Source of the DNA: Podarcis pityusensis
Taxonomy: Eukaryota
Assembly: GCA_964106645.2 (NCBI GenBank)
Contig: OZ067042.1
DNA: 64,000 nucleotides
Reading direction: 5' to 3' (one strand)
The first letter of the stretch is position 1. Every line of letters begins with the position of its first letter. A program made the position numbers and the translations under genes. Below the pieces are notes generated by a model. It did not search any database. It was not told the origin of the DNA and saw nothing but the letters and a program-made list of their open reading frames with translations. Positions 12,361 to 24,593 of the stretch are shown here, piece by piece.

Positions 12361-14109
12361 GGGGGAAGAGCTGCCTCAGTACACCCTGCCTGGAGCTGCT
12401 TTAACATGCAGCTGGCTTTGAAGATAGAGAAGGAAAATCCTTCTGCTATTCCTCTGAGAAGGCCACCACTGGTAACTTAAAAGACTGGAGTTCTGAAAGT
12501 CATTACTATATTAAGAGACACTGGTGATGTTAATCTCAAATTACAGCTTCCTAGAATTGACATTCCCAGCTAAGTATTTACTTAGCTATTTTTAAATATA
12601 TATCCCATCTTTTTTTGAAAATAGTCTCCAGGCAGCTTGCAAGTTCCACATTATAAAAACACATTATAAAATAGATAATAATAATAATAATAAAATCTTC
12701 AAAAATGTAAACAGCACATTAAGACCAGCAGCCAATATTCTAACAATTTCCATTAGTATTGACACTTTCTATGGGCAGGCAAGATGGACTCAACTGGCAC
12801 CTGAAGACAGTGAAGACAACATCAGATGACTCTGACTGGCAGGGGTGCAGTATGGTAACCATGGTGCTACCACAGAAAAGTCCCTCTCTTTGGAAGCCCC
12901 CTGTTAATTTTGTGATAGGGAAAGTTGAGCTTGCTTTCCTTGAACTGCTAGGAAAACTGTCTTCAAAAGGTACCAAGACACTACACCTTGTAGAAAAAGT
13001 GTACTCTTCTTTTTAAATGCCTCCTGTGGAAAGATTTTTGAACATTTGTATATTTTGCATAGTACACCATGCAAACTGTTTTATTCCATGTGCTTGTTTT
13101 TGACATGATAAACCATGCATGAATAAAATTTAAAGTTTGGTTGCTTTGCTTGCTCACGTTTTTTCATTAATCGTATTTCCCATTTTTTATGTATGACAAA
13201 TGCTTCTTAAAGTCATTTCATGTGCAGCTTTTTATCTTTTAAGTTTTACCAAGTAAAAGGAATATCGCATGAAAAAGCCAACAAATGCAAAAAGCTTTTT
13301 TCCCCCTTTTTGGTTCTTTTAATCCTTGAGTCAGAAAAGGTCTTGCTCTTATTGGCTTTGTGAGAGTGAAGCATATACAAAATGTGCATGGGAGAGAGAG
13401 AAAGTTTTGACTTTATTCCCGTTGCTTCACAGTTTGCACATCAATTGCCTGTCACCTTAAAGGTATTTTGGGTTCTGCATGAAATAGTTCGGAGTGGTTT
13501 TCAAAGCAGACTTTAGCTACTCAATGTCATTTGCACAAGTTTACACCGTTTTGTGTTAACGAAACTGCTATACAGTAAATATAAAATGTATTAATGAAAC
13601 TGCAAAGGATATAAATGACAGAAATTCTCCAAAGGACAATTTTGATACTTGCACAAAGCAAAGACATACTGATAACAGGCAAAATGGAGCTGAGATACTT
13701 AATATCTTAACTTTAGCACATCAGAAAGTCAATAGGAAGTAAGAGAAGAATTTTTGGTTGTGGCTATTACTTTGGACCATAATGGACTTCCTTCTATGTG
13801 TTTTCTGTTCTTTCATTGTTTGCAGACTCGGTTGCCTTGTGCTTTCCTGTCTTTCATTTCATGTTGGTTTCTTTCTTTCTTTTTTTAATTTTGGATCATC
13901 CATAATTATGTGACTCATTCCTATTTTTCCCTACCTGTTTAGCTGTTGATTTTACCTACTTCATTCTAATTCATACAAACAGTTGTACTTGCTTTTTTTG
14001 TAATATTACAACGTTTACTGACCAATTTTCTTCTCTGGTCTCTCTGTTTTTCAATCATTTTTGTTGATTTTTACGTTTGATTATTTTGGTTTAACAATTT
14101 AAGAAACAG

Positions 14110-17100
14110 TTGAACGAAGTGCAGGAGCAACAAGATCCCTACCTGCTACCTATTCATACAAGCCATTCTTTTCAGCAAGACCGTATCAGTCTTGGACAAC
14201 AGCACCAATTACTGTGCCTGGGCATTCCAAATCAGGCTTCACTTCTCTATCAAGCTCTTCCTCTAACACTCCAACAGCTTCTCCATTAAAATCAATATGG
14301 TCCGTTTCTTCTGCTTCACCAATCAAATCCACATTAGGAGCCTCCACTACGTCTTCAATTAAATCTGTTAGCGATGTAGCTTCTCCAATTAGATCATTTC
14401 GGACAATCTCCTCTCCAATAAAAACCGTGGTCTCACAGCCTCCATATAATATCCAAGTCTCTTCTGGTTCTTTCGTCAGAGCACCCACAGTAACAGAAGC
14501 CACTAGTTTGAAAGGGCTGGCATCCGCATTCCCCTCTCGGACATCTCCAGTGACTACAGCTGGGTCTCTTTTGGAGAGATCATCCATTACCATGACGCCT
14601 CCAGCATCCCCCAAATCGAACATTAACATGTACTCTTCAAGTTTGCCATTTAAGTCAATCATCACATCAGCATCACCGCTTTTATCTTCACCTTTAAAGT
14701 CAGTGGTGTCTCCTGCTAAGTCAGCAGTTGATGCTGTTTCACCATCTAAGGTCACGATGGCTTCATCCCTCACTTCCCCTGTGAAACACACAGTCGGGCA
14801 TACAGAGGTAGCCATGGTTAACGGATCCATGTCACCTTTGAAATATCCGTCCCCTGCCAATTTAATCAATGGAGCTAAAGCCACAGCCACATTTCAAGAC
14901 AAGATCACTGCAGCAACCAGTTCTGCAAGTTGTGCTGTTAACGCAGCAACTGATACCGTTGAGAAAATGTTTCCAACCACTACTGCAACCCCATTTTCTC
15001 CACTCAGGTCGCATGTGTCTTCAACTCCATCAGCCTTTCAGTCAATAAGAACTACTCCTGCAGGTGTATTGTACACATCTCTTGGGTCAATATCAGCAAC
15101 TACCTCGTCAGTAACTTCATCAACTATCACAGTCCCAGTATATTCTGTAGTCAATGTTTTGTCTGAACCAGCACTAAAGAAGCTCCCAGAGTCATCTTCC
15201 CTTACCAAATCGGCAGCTGCGTTGCTATCGCCTATTAAAACATTGACTACAGAGACACGCACACAGCCTCACTTTAACCGAACCTCATCTCCTATAAAAT
15301 CATCCTTGTTTTTAGCACCCTCTGCTCTTAAGTTGTCCGTACCATCTTCTTTATCTTCTAGTCAGGAGATGTTAAAAGATGTGGCTGAGATGAAAGAGGA
15401 CCTAATAAGAATGACAGCGATATTGCAGACAGATGTAATGGAGGACAAGGAATTCCAGCCAGAACTAACAAAGGAGGGTAGAATAGATGATGAAGAACCT
15501 TTTAAAATTGTTGAGAAAGTAAAAGAGGACTTAGTAAAAGTTAGTGAGATACTGAAAAAAGATGTGTGTTTAGAAAAGAAAGCATCAACCAAGCTATCAA
15601 AAAATGATAAAGGACACTCTTCTGAGGATGAATGGGTAGAGTTCAGTGCAGATGAGATTGATGAAGCAAGACGGCAAGGCATGACATATCCTCCTATAAC
15701 TATTCCTGAAAAGGTGCAAATTAAAGCGAAGGCTGTATCTGAAAAGGATTATAACTTGACTAAAGTCATTGATTATTTGACAAATGACATTGGTAGTAGT
15801 TCTCTGGCAAGTCTGAAGTACAAGTTTGAAGAGGGGAAAAGAGAAGGTGAAGAGAGACAAAAGAGAGTTTTAAAACCAGCCATTGCATTGCAAGAACACA
15901 AACTTAAAATGCCTCCAACCTCCATGAGGCCTTCTACTTCAGAAAAAGAGTTGTGTAAAATTGCAGATTCCTTTTTTGGAACTGATACTATTTTGGAGTC
16001 TCCTGATGACTTTTCCCAACATGACCAAGACAAAAGTCCTTTGTCTGACAGTGGCTTTGAAACAAGAAGTGAGAAAACTCCTTCAGCTCCACAAAGCGCC
16101 GAGAGCACAGGGCCGAAACCACTTTTCCATGATGTACCCATCCCTCCGGTCATTACAGAGACAAGAACTGAGGTGGTTCACGTGATCCGTAGCTATGAAC
16201 CTTCATCAGAAGAAGTTCCTGAACCTCAAGCAGAAGAGTCGCCATCAACGAAAACGGCACCTACTTTTATGGAACTGGAACCCAGGCCAAACGGAGGGTC
16301 TATCAAAGAAAAAATGAAAGCCTTTCAAATAAAAGCCAGTAATGAAGATGAAGACCACAAATGTGTTCTTGGTAAAGGTGTCCGTGTAAAAGAAGAAACT
16401 CATATAACTACCACTACCAGAATGGTTTACCATAAGCCTCCGTGCACTGAGAGCTCTTCAGAAAGAATTGAAGAAACCATGTCTGTTCATGATATAATGA
16501 AAGCTTTTCAGTCAGGACGCGATCCTTCCAAAGAGTTGGCAGGTCTGTTTGAACATAAGTCTTCAGTAACACCAGATGTTAGCAAGTCTACTGAAATTTC
16601 ACCACAACATACAGAGAAGGACAGCAAAATGAAACCCAAACTGGAGCGTATAATAGAGGTCCATATCGAAAAAGGTAATGAGGCTGAACCTACTGAAGTC
16701 ATTATTAGAGAAACCAAAAAGCACCCAGAGAAAGAAATGTATGTTTATCAGAAAGACTTACCTCGAGGTGATTTGGAAAAACATGATGCTCTTCCTTGTT
16801 CAGATGAACAAGGTCAGCAAGAAGAAGAAGAACTGACAGCAGAAGAGTCCCTACCTTCTTATCTGGAGTCTTCTAGAGTAAATACTCCCGTGTCTCAGGA
16901 AGAAGACAGTCGCCCTAGTTCTGCCCAACTTATGTCTGATGACTCGTACAAAACACTGAAGCTTCTGAGTCAGCACTCAGTAGAGTACCATGACGATGAG
17001 TTGTCAGAACTAAGAGGGGAGTCTTACAGGTTTGCTGAGAAAATGCTGCTCTCAGAAAAGCTAGATGTATCTCACTCTGATACTGAGGAGTCAGTTACTG

Positions 17101-20100
17101 ACCATGTTCTACCCCTTAGCTCAGACTTTCAGGGGCATGATAAACGATGCAGAGAAAAAATAGCCACAGCCCCCCCAAAAGAAATCCTCACCAAAATCTC
17201 TAAAGATATATCAGAAAATGGTGTAGGTAAAATGTCTAAAGATGATCATTATGATAAAGTGACAGTGTTACATTATACCGGAGATGTTAGTAGCCCAAAG
17301 CACGCAATGTGGATGCGCTTTACTGAGAACAGATTAGACAGAGGTAGAGAAAAGTTGATGTATGAAGACAGGGTGGACAGGACTGTTAAGGAGGCAGAAG
17401 AAAAACTGACAGAAGTATCACAGTTCTTCCGGGACAAAACAGAGAAACTGAATGATGAACTGCAATCTCCAGAGAAAAAGCAGCAGAAAAGGAATGGGAA
17501 AGAAGCACACTCTGGCCATAGTTCAACCAGCAGCAGCCCCGAAAAGGTGACGATTTCTGAGGTGCAGAGTTCAAAGGATGACTGGACTAGAGGAGGACCC
17601 TTTGGCCATTGTGGGAAGAGCTTCCCAAAAGCTGACGAAAGAAAAGCAGCTAGTTTGCCTAGCAGTCCCGAGAGAAGGGCCCTTACACAACAGACCGAGG
17701 ACTGTAAGCAGCTGATGGAGCAGAAAGGAACAGCTCAGAAGAGTAGGACACCCGAGGCTTCGCCCACCGGATTCCAGCTGAAGCAATCCAAACTCAGTTC
17801 TATTAGGCTGAAGTTTGAACAGAGCATAGGCTCAAAGAATAAGGACCTACATCATGATGATAAGAAGCAGGACACTCAATCTAAAATCCCAGTGAAAAAA
17901 ATGCAAGAGAGCAAGCTCCCAGTCTATCAGTTTTATGCAAGAGAAAAGCATGCAAAAGAGGTAGACCTTGCAGATGGGAGTATAACATTACAGAGGGAAT
18001 CTCCTGCTAGCAAATTAAAAGATGGTGCCCAGGGTAAAGGCAAAGCGATGGAAGATGCTGCTGCTTCAGATGTACTCAGACACAGAAATGAAATGCCAAG
18101 TAAGAATGTTCCAGAAGGCTTTGCAGAGCAGAAGCTGAAAGGTTTGGCGTACAGTACGAGCTCAGATACTGCATCAGCCAAGGGGCATTGGGATAAAAAG
18201 GTCTATAGGACATGGGAAAGCCCTGGAACATTTGCCCATAACACACAAAAAGAAAAACTGTCCCATGTGCTTGTTCAGGATGCAGTAAAAGACAATCACA
18301 TTGACCACCCTGAGACTAAAGATCTGGGCAGAGCCAGTGAATTCATCACTGTGACAGAGCATGAGCACAAGGTGTCAACGAGTGGGTCCCATTCAAAGGA
18401 GGTGAAAGAAGTGACTGTAAAATCTCCATCCAAAAAGGTCCTTTATAGAGAATATTTTGTCAGAGAAGGAGAGCCCCCCAGTGAAGTGATGGATAGAACC
18501 TCAAAGAAAAAAGAACCATTGACTGCATCCCACATTCCAGTCAGAATTTCAGAAGAAAAACGAATGTTATCAGCTAGCATTCCCGATGGAGTTCATGAAC
18601 AGCTAAAACATGCAGCACATGAACTGTCAGCTAAAGTGTCCCATGCTAGTGTGGCAAAGGAAAAAACTGAGAGGAATTTTGATTATACAGAGCATGTTAA
18701 AAATAAGTATTCAGAATTTTGTCAGTTTAGCAGTAAGCACATCAAATTAAGTCCTCCTATGGAGGATGCTGAGCTATCCCTTAGTAAATCACCTGATTCT
18801 TTAGAAAATAGCCCAGGAAAGGAGTCTCCCTCAAGGGACTTTGACTCTATTCATAGTGATAACTTGGCAAAATCAGCCCCTTTAGCAACAGCTGAGGGAA
18901 CAAAAGAGATAAAAACCTTACCTGTTTATGTCAGTTTTGTTCAAGTAGGGAGGCAATATGAAAGGGAGGTGCAACAAGGAAATATTAAAAAAATTGTAAG
19001 TCAGGAAAGTAAGACGGTACAAGAGACAAGGGGGGGCTTTTACACCACAAGGCAGCAGAAACAACTTCCTTCTCCACAAGGCAGTCCAGAAGATGACACA
19101 TTAGAGCAGGTGTCCTTTATAGATAGTTCTGGGAAAAGTCCATTAACACCTGAAACTCCTAGCTCAGAGGAAGTGAGTTACGAGTTTACATCTAAAACGC
19201 CTGATTCACTAATTGCTTATATACCAGGCAAACCCAGTCCTATCCCTGAGGTTTCTGAGGAGTCTGAAGAGGAAGCAGAGGCTAAGTCAACCTCTGTAAA
19301 ACAGGCCATTGTTGAGCCACCAAAAATTGACAGAGTGCTGCCCAGTAGCTTAGACAGAGATTCTAATAAAAGGCCCAAAGGGAACCGGGTTGCGTACATT
19401 GAGTTCCCTCCTCCTCCTCCGCTAGATGCCGATCAGACAGAATCAGAAAAGCAGCGCCACTCCTCTGAGAGTGAAATGGAGATGATAGAAGTAAACCTAC
19501 GGGATGAACATGACAAATGTCAGCTGGCTGAACCACTCATAAGAGTACAGCCACCTTCTCCTGGGCCACCAGGAGAAGATCTTAGTGACTCCAGCGATGA
19601 TGAATCCCTGTATCAGCCTGTTCCCATTAAAAGATACATGTTTAAATTGAATGACGTTGAAGATGGCCAGAAGGAAGGCTCCAAGCATAAATTGCCTGCG
19701 AAAAGAGAGAATGGGAAACCTAATGATTTTGATCTTAGCCTTGATTCTCCCCAGAATGATATTGCGCAAAATGGGAACAATGACCAGTCTGTCACTGAGT
19801 GTTCCATAGCAACCACTGCAGAATTTTCCCATGATACAGATGCAACTGAAATTGACTCTCTTGATGGGTATGATCTACAAGATGAAGATGATGGCTTAAC
19901 TGAGAGTGATTCCAAACTTGCAGGCCCAGCAGTGGAAATCAAAAAAGACATATGGGCTACAGAAGGCATTTTGAAACAGACTGATCGGTGTTTTAGCCAA
20001 AGTAAGCTGGAAGTTATTGAGGAGGAAGAAAAAGTTGGTACTGAAGAAAACAAACTTTTATCAAAATGTCCAGCAGCTGAAAAAAGTGCCGATAAGACTG

Positions 20101-21816
20101 AACAAAAATCAGGGGCACAGTTTTTCACTTTGGAAGGCAGACACCCTGACAGGACTGTGTTTCCTGATACATATTTCAGTTACAAAGTAGATGAAGAGTT
20201 TGCAACCCCTTTTAAGACAGTAGCTACTAAAAGCCTAGATTTTGACCCTTGGTCCAATAACCGTGGTGATGATGAAGTGTTTGAGTCCAAATCGAGGGAT
20301 GACGAGGCTAAGCCTTTTGGCCTTGCTGTAGAAGACAGATCTCAAGCGACAACCCCAGATACGACTCCAGCCAGAACTCCAACTGATGAAAGTACACCAA
20401 CTAGTGAGCCCAATCCCTTCCCGTTTCACGAAGGGAAGATGTTTGAGATGACTCGCAGTGGCGCAATTGACATGAGCAAGAGGGATTTTGTTGAAGAAAG
20501 ACTCCAATTTTTTCAGATTGGTGAGCATACTTCTGAAGGGAAGTCAGGGGACAAGGGGGAAGGGGATAAAAATAAAGTCACTGCCATCACACAGCTGCAG
20601 TCAGGGGACAAAGCTGTAGGAAAAAACGTAGAGGGAGAAGTAGAAACACCAACAGTTGAATGTAAGCTCATCACCCAGGCCAGTGGAGATTGTACGGAAG
20701 CAACACCCGGTAGTAACTCCCTGGAGAAATCATCGACCGCTGTTAATGCTTCTAAAGTTGATCCCAAATTGCGCACACCTATTAAAATGGGAATTTCTGC
20801 TTCCGCCATGACGCTGAAGAAAGATGTCTCTGGAGAAGTGACAGATAAGCTAGAGGCTGTGACGCCAGGTGTTCAGGGGTTAGAATATGAAGCCATAGAG
20901 GTTACAAGCCAGTCAAGTGGTAGGGAAGCAGAAAAGCATGATTTCCAAAAAGATAATTTTAATAACAACAACAATTTGGACCCATCCGTTTTACCTAACG
21001 ATAGCGTTACCTGTAAAGTAGTGCTAAATGAACATTTTGAGCCTAAGTGTCCCACACAGAAAGATACTCAATTGAAAAACACTTCAGGAAATGATACAGG
21101 TGCAACACAAGGACACTGTAAACCAAAAGTACACGGAGAACAGCAGAAGTCATCAGAGCCAGTAGGGACTAGAGCGAGATCAAAACTTCCCATAAAGGCT
21201 ACCTCAGCAAAAGAAGCTATCCCACATAGCAGTATCCAAGCCTGCAGAGTGAGTAAAGTCAGACAGGATAGTAAACTTGACAAAAGGAAACAAAACAGCT
21301 CTTTCCCACATGTAGAAGTAAGGTCTAAGATTCCTGTAAAAAATACACAAAGGCATAACTTAGCCATAGCTAGAAAGACACCAGCAGTTCAAAACCAAGA
21401 GCAGCTAGAGAGAAGCAAAGCCAAACCGATTCCTTCTAAATTACCATTAAAGGTAAGATCTACCACCAGCACCTCTACCACCACCACCACCGCTGCAGCA
21501 GCAACAGTTAAAGTAAAGCAGAGTCAGCTTAGGGAGGTATGTAAACATTCTATTGAATATTTTAAGGGAATTAGTGGAGAGGCTTTAAAGCTTGTGGACC
21601 GCCTGTCTGATGAAGACAAAAAGTTGCAGTCAGAGGTGTCCGATGACGATGAAGAAGAAGACAGTACGTCAAGAAACACGTCCCTGTCCGAAGCCACTCA
21701 AGTTTTCCAGCCTTCCATTACATCGAAGCCCGCTAGAGATATGAGAACAGAGGCAGCATCTTTAAAATCAAAGATTGAAAAGTCCGACAGTGAGAGGAGG
21801 AGGAGTAAGAGGACTG
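14110..21816 (+). CDS. ANK3: Ankyrin-G neuronal giant exon (480-kDa isoform; serine-rich domain plus tail), 7707 nt
   Basis: Uninterrupted frame (ORF 14214..21887). Acceptor aaacag|TTGAACGA (alternative acceptor at 14104) and donor AGGACTG|gtgaga; symmetric phase 1-1. Begins IERSAGATRSLPATYSYKPFFSARPYQSWTTAP as in mammalian giant ankyrin-G. Confidence 0.96.
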
Positions 21817-22474
21817 GTGAGAATGGAGGGAGTCAGGTTTCTGGAGCTCTCGTGGCTCACCTCGTGGAGATCAAGCCTAGTTTGTAAAACTTTCAACTTG
21901 TTGATCCTAGTGCATGAACTGTTGTGATTGCCTGTGAAGTGACTTACTGTAGTTCTCATTCTGTCATTGTCATCTGTATGTGCTGTCTTTTATACTCTTC
22001 TTTCTTCCTTTAAGTGAAGCCTATACTATAGACAGCTAGTGAAGCATGCTAAATACATTCATGTAATAGTTTAGGTCTTAGAAGACTTCATTTTGTGACA
22101 GCAAAAAAAAAAACAACACCCCTCATTTTGTCAAACAGAGAAAACATTTTTTTTTCTTTAAGTACTGGTGGACTGTTTTCCACCACCCCACCAGTAGTTA
22201 AAGCACTGTTGAACAGTTGAGTAGATAGATTGTTGGCATGTTTGGTTTCATTTACACAATTAACATCATGTAGTTTGACACTTGGCCTTATAAAGGTGGC
22301 ATTTTTTTTTCAAATCTGTGACAAAAATATATTTATTTATTGTAGGTTTTAGGGCACTCAGTCATTTTAGCAATTGATCTGAGCACCAGTTAACATAGTA
22401 CAATGTATTAAAATGCTGTTAGTGCTAAGCATTCTTTCACAGCACCTTTTTAATCAATAAATTATAAATCACAG

Positions 22475-22549
22475 GTCCACAGAGTCCATGTGAACGGACA
22501 GATATAAGGATGGCAATAGTGGCCGATCACCTGGGACTTAGTTGGACGG
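22475..22549 (+). CDS. ANK3: Ankyrin-G death domain exon 1
   Basis: atcacag|GTCCAC ... TGGACGG|gtaaga. Encodes GPQSPCERTDIRMAIVADHLGLSWT. Confidence 0.95.
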
Positions 22550-22670
22550 GTAAGATTTTATTTTGTGGTGATGACATTGCAACTAGCAATTCCTTTTGAT
22601 ACCCAGCTGAGGGTGTGTATGTGTGTGTGTGTTAGAGTGCAGTTTAGTCCTCAGGGCATCTTTTGTCTTC

Positions 22671-22815
22671 AGAAAAGGCAGCCCTGTTTAGGGAAGCTTT
22701 TAATGTTTGATGTATCATAGTATTTTAATATTCTTTTGGAAGCCGCCCAGAGTGGCTGGGGAAACCCAGCCAGATGGGCGGGGTATAAATAATAAATTAT
22801 TATTATTATTATTAT
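22671..22815 (+). mobile_element. Short L2-type 3' end with (TTA)n tail
   Basis: ggaagccgcccagagtggctggggaaacccagccagatgggcggggtataaataataaa(tta)n; a related copy lies at 50084-50211. Confidence 0.7.
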
Positions 22816-22899
22816 AGAAAAAGAGGAATACAGTAGACAAGCGAGATTGCAAGAGGTCTTTATGAAATGTGCTTTAGTAGTACTCCTTATATTATAAAA

Positions 22900-22966
22900 T
22901 TTCCATAAACATGGTTTATGGAAGACAATCTTACTTGGCTATGAGTGATCACCAAAGAAGAAGAAG
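22900..22966 (+). mobile_element. Tiny non-LTR retroelement 3' end with (GAA)n tail
   Basis: Flanked by TSD ATTATAAAA; about 50 bp nearly identical to 49634-49682. Confidence 0.65.
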
Positions 22967-24002
22967 ATTATAAAACTGGTGTTTATAAAGCATTTGTGAC
23001 ATTTGTATCCCATCATTTCTTCAGGGAGCTAAGTCTGATGTGTCAGCCACACAACCACCCTGTGCAATCAGTTAACATGATAGTAACCTGGTCAGGACAC
23101 CCCTAGCGAGCTTCATAGCATTAGGTGGGCAAGCAGGAAACTTAGTCTTGAGACCATCACATGTTGCATGGGTTTTTTGTTCACAATTTTGTTACCTCAT
23201 TATCTCTAGAATCCACTGCATCGGTCCTGTCTCCTCACAGGCCTTGGATATGGTAGGGTGGGCAGAGGTTAACAAGGTTTATTCTTCCTCATCTGTCCTG
23301 TAGAAATGTAAGAAATAAATACTTTTGAAGTAGTACAAAGGCCCTTTTTATAAAGACCTCTCTCCAAAGCAAAGCCAGAGAGTTAGACTTCTCTTCATTC
23401 TCACCAACTAGTATTGTAATATAGGCACTAAAAGTTGTGTAGCTTCCAGAAAGGATCTTGACTGCACACTGGGCATCCAGGGCCATGAGAGGCATTGGTT
23501 GTAGCCATGTTGCCTTGGCAATAAGGCAGCTGACCAGTCCTGCTCAGTCCCCTTCCTGCTCCTCAAGGAGCAGGCAGATCTCCTGACATGCCCCTCTTGT
23601 CCATTGTTGACAAAAGAATGGAGCTCTCATTGCTGCCTTCTCCTGTCAGAAATATTTTATAGCTTTGTATACAATATTTGACAGTTTGGATTCAAAGTAT
23701 TCTGTATGAGAGTGGAAGGTACCTGTTTGCACTTTGAAGACTCTTTGTGTGTCTGCTTTGGCCATTTTCCCTCTCTCTGACTCCAGTTCTCTTGTTACAT
23801 CATATACCATTCCAGAGATTTGTCTGAGTCTTCAGGGTAACTTACAGCATGAGGAGGTGAAGACAAGAAAGCCCTGGTGCATGCATAAAACACCAGCTGC
23901 AGTTCTTTGAGTTGAAGCCAATGTGTTGCTATGCCACATAGTAATTGTGAGGTCATCGTTGACTGTCTACCTGACTGGAAGCCTGATTTAGTACTGTTAG
24001 AA

Positions 24003-24133
24003 CAGACTTCCTCAGCCTGCTGCTGATGTTTTGGAACACAACTCCCATCATCACTGACAGTTGGCCATGCTGGCTAGGGTTGCTGAGAGGTGTAGTCCGA
24101 AAAACCTAGAGAGCAGCAGGTTGAAGAAGTCTG
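24003..24133. mobile_element. Older hAT-like MITE related to 45596-45721
   Basis: Termini CAGACTTC / GAAGTCTG; shared core acaactcccatcatc; TSD degraded. Confidence 0.6.
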
Positions 24134-24461
24134 TATTTAGACACAGCAGGAAACTGGGGAAATTGTGCAACCTCTTGACCTCTCTTGGGTGGGGTAAGTG
24201 GAGGAATATATAAATGCCGTTTGTATAACTGGTGAAGAAAGGATACATCCCAAAGCTCCACAAACAGTGGTTTCAGACAGCAGGATGAAATGATACCTGC
24301 TCTCTCAGAGGACTTTCTCCTTTCTGATTTCTATGACATGTTACACTGAAAAGGCAGAAATCTGAACCAAACTTGGTTTATCCATGTGTGACCTGCTGAA
24401 CAGAGTTTTCAAAATAAACTTTTGTTATCTCTCTCTTCCCTCCATTTTCCCCATGTTGTAG

Positions 24462-24593
24462 AACTGGCAAGAGAGCTGAATTTTTCTGTTGATGAAATTA
24501 ATCAAATCCGGGTAGAAAACCCAAACTCTTTGATTGCTCAGAGCTTCATGTTGTTAAAGAAATGGGTGACCAGAGATGGGAAAAACGCTACAA
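24462..24593 (+). CDS. ANK3: Ankyrin-G death domain exon 2
   Basis: gttgtag|AACTGG ... GCTACAA|gtaagt. Encodes [44 protein letters not shown]. Confidence 0.95.

Noticed and set aside
14186-14890. 234-aa antisense ORF, and other minus-strand ORFs over the giant exon
   Set aside because: Shadow frames of the biased Ser/Pro/Thr-rich coding strand; no independent gene signals.
14214-21887. 2557-aa ORF as a standalone single-exon gene
   Set aside because: It starts at an internal GTG and runs past the splice donor at 21816; it is the ANK3 giant exon.
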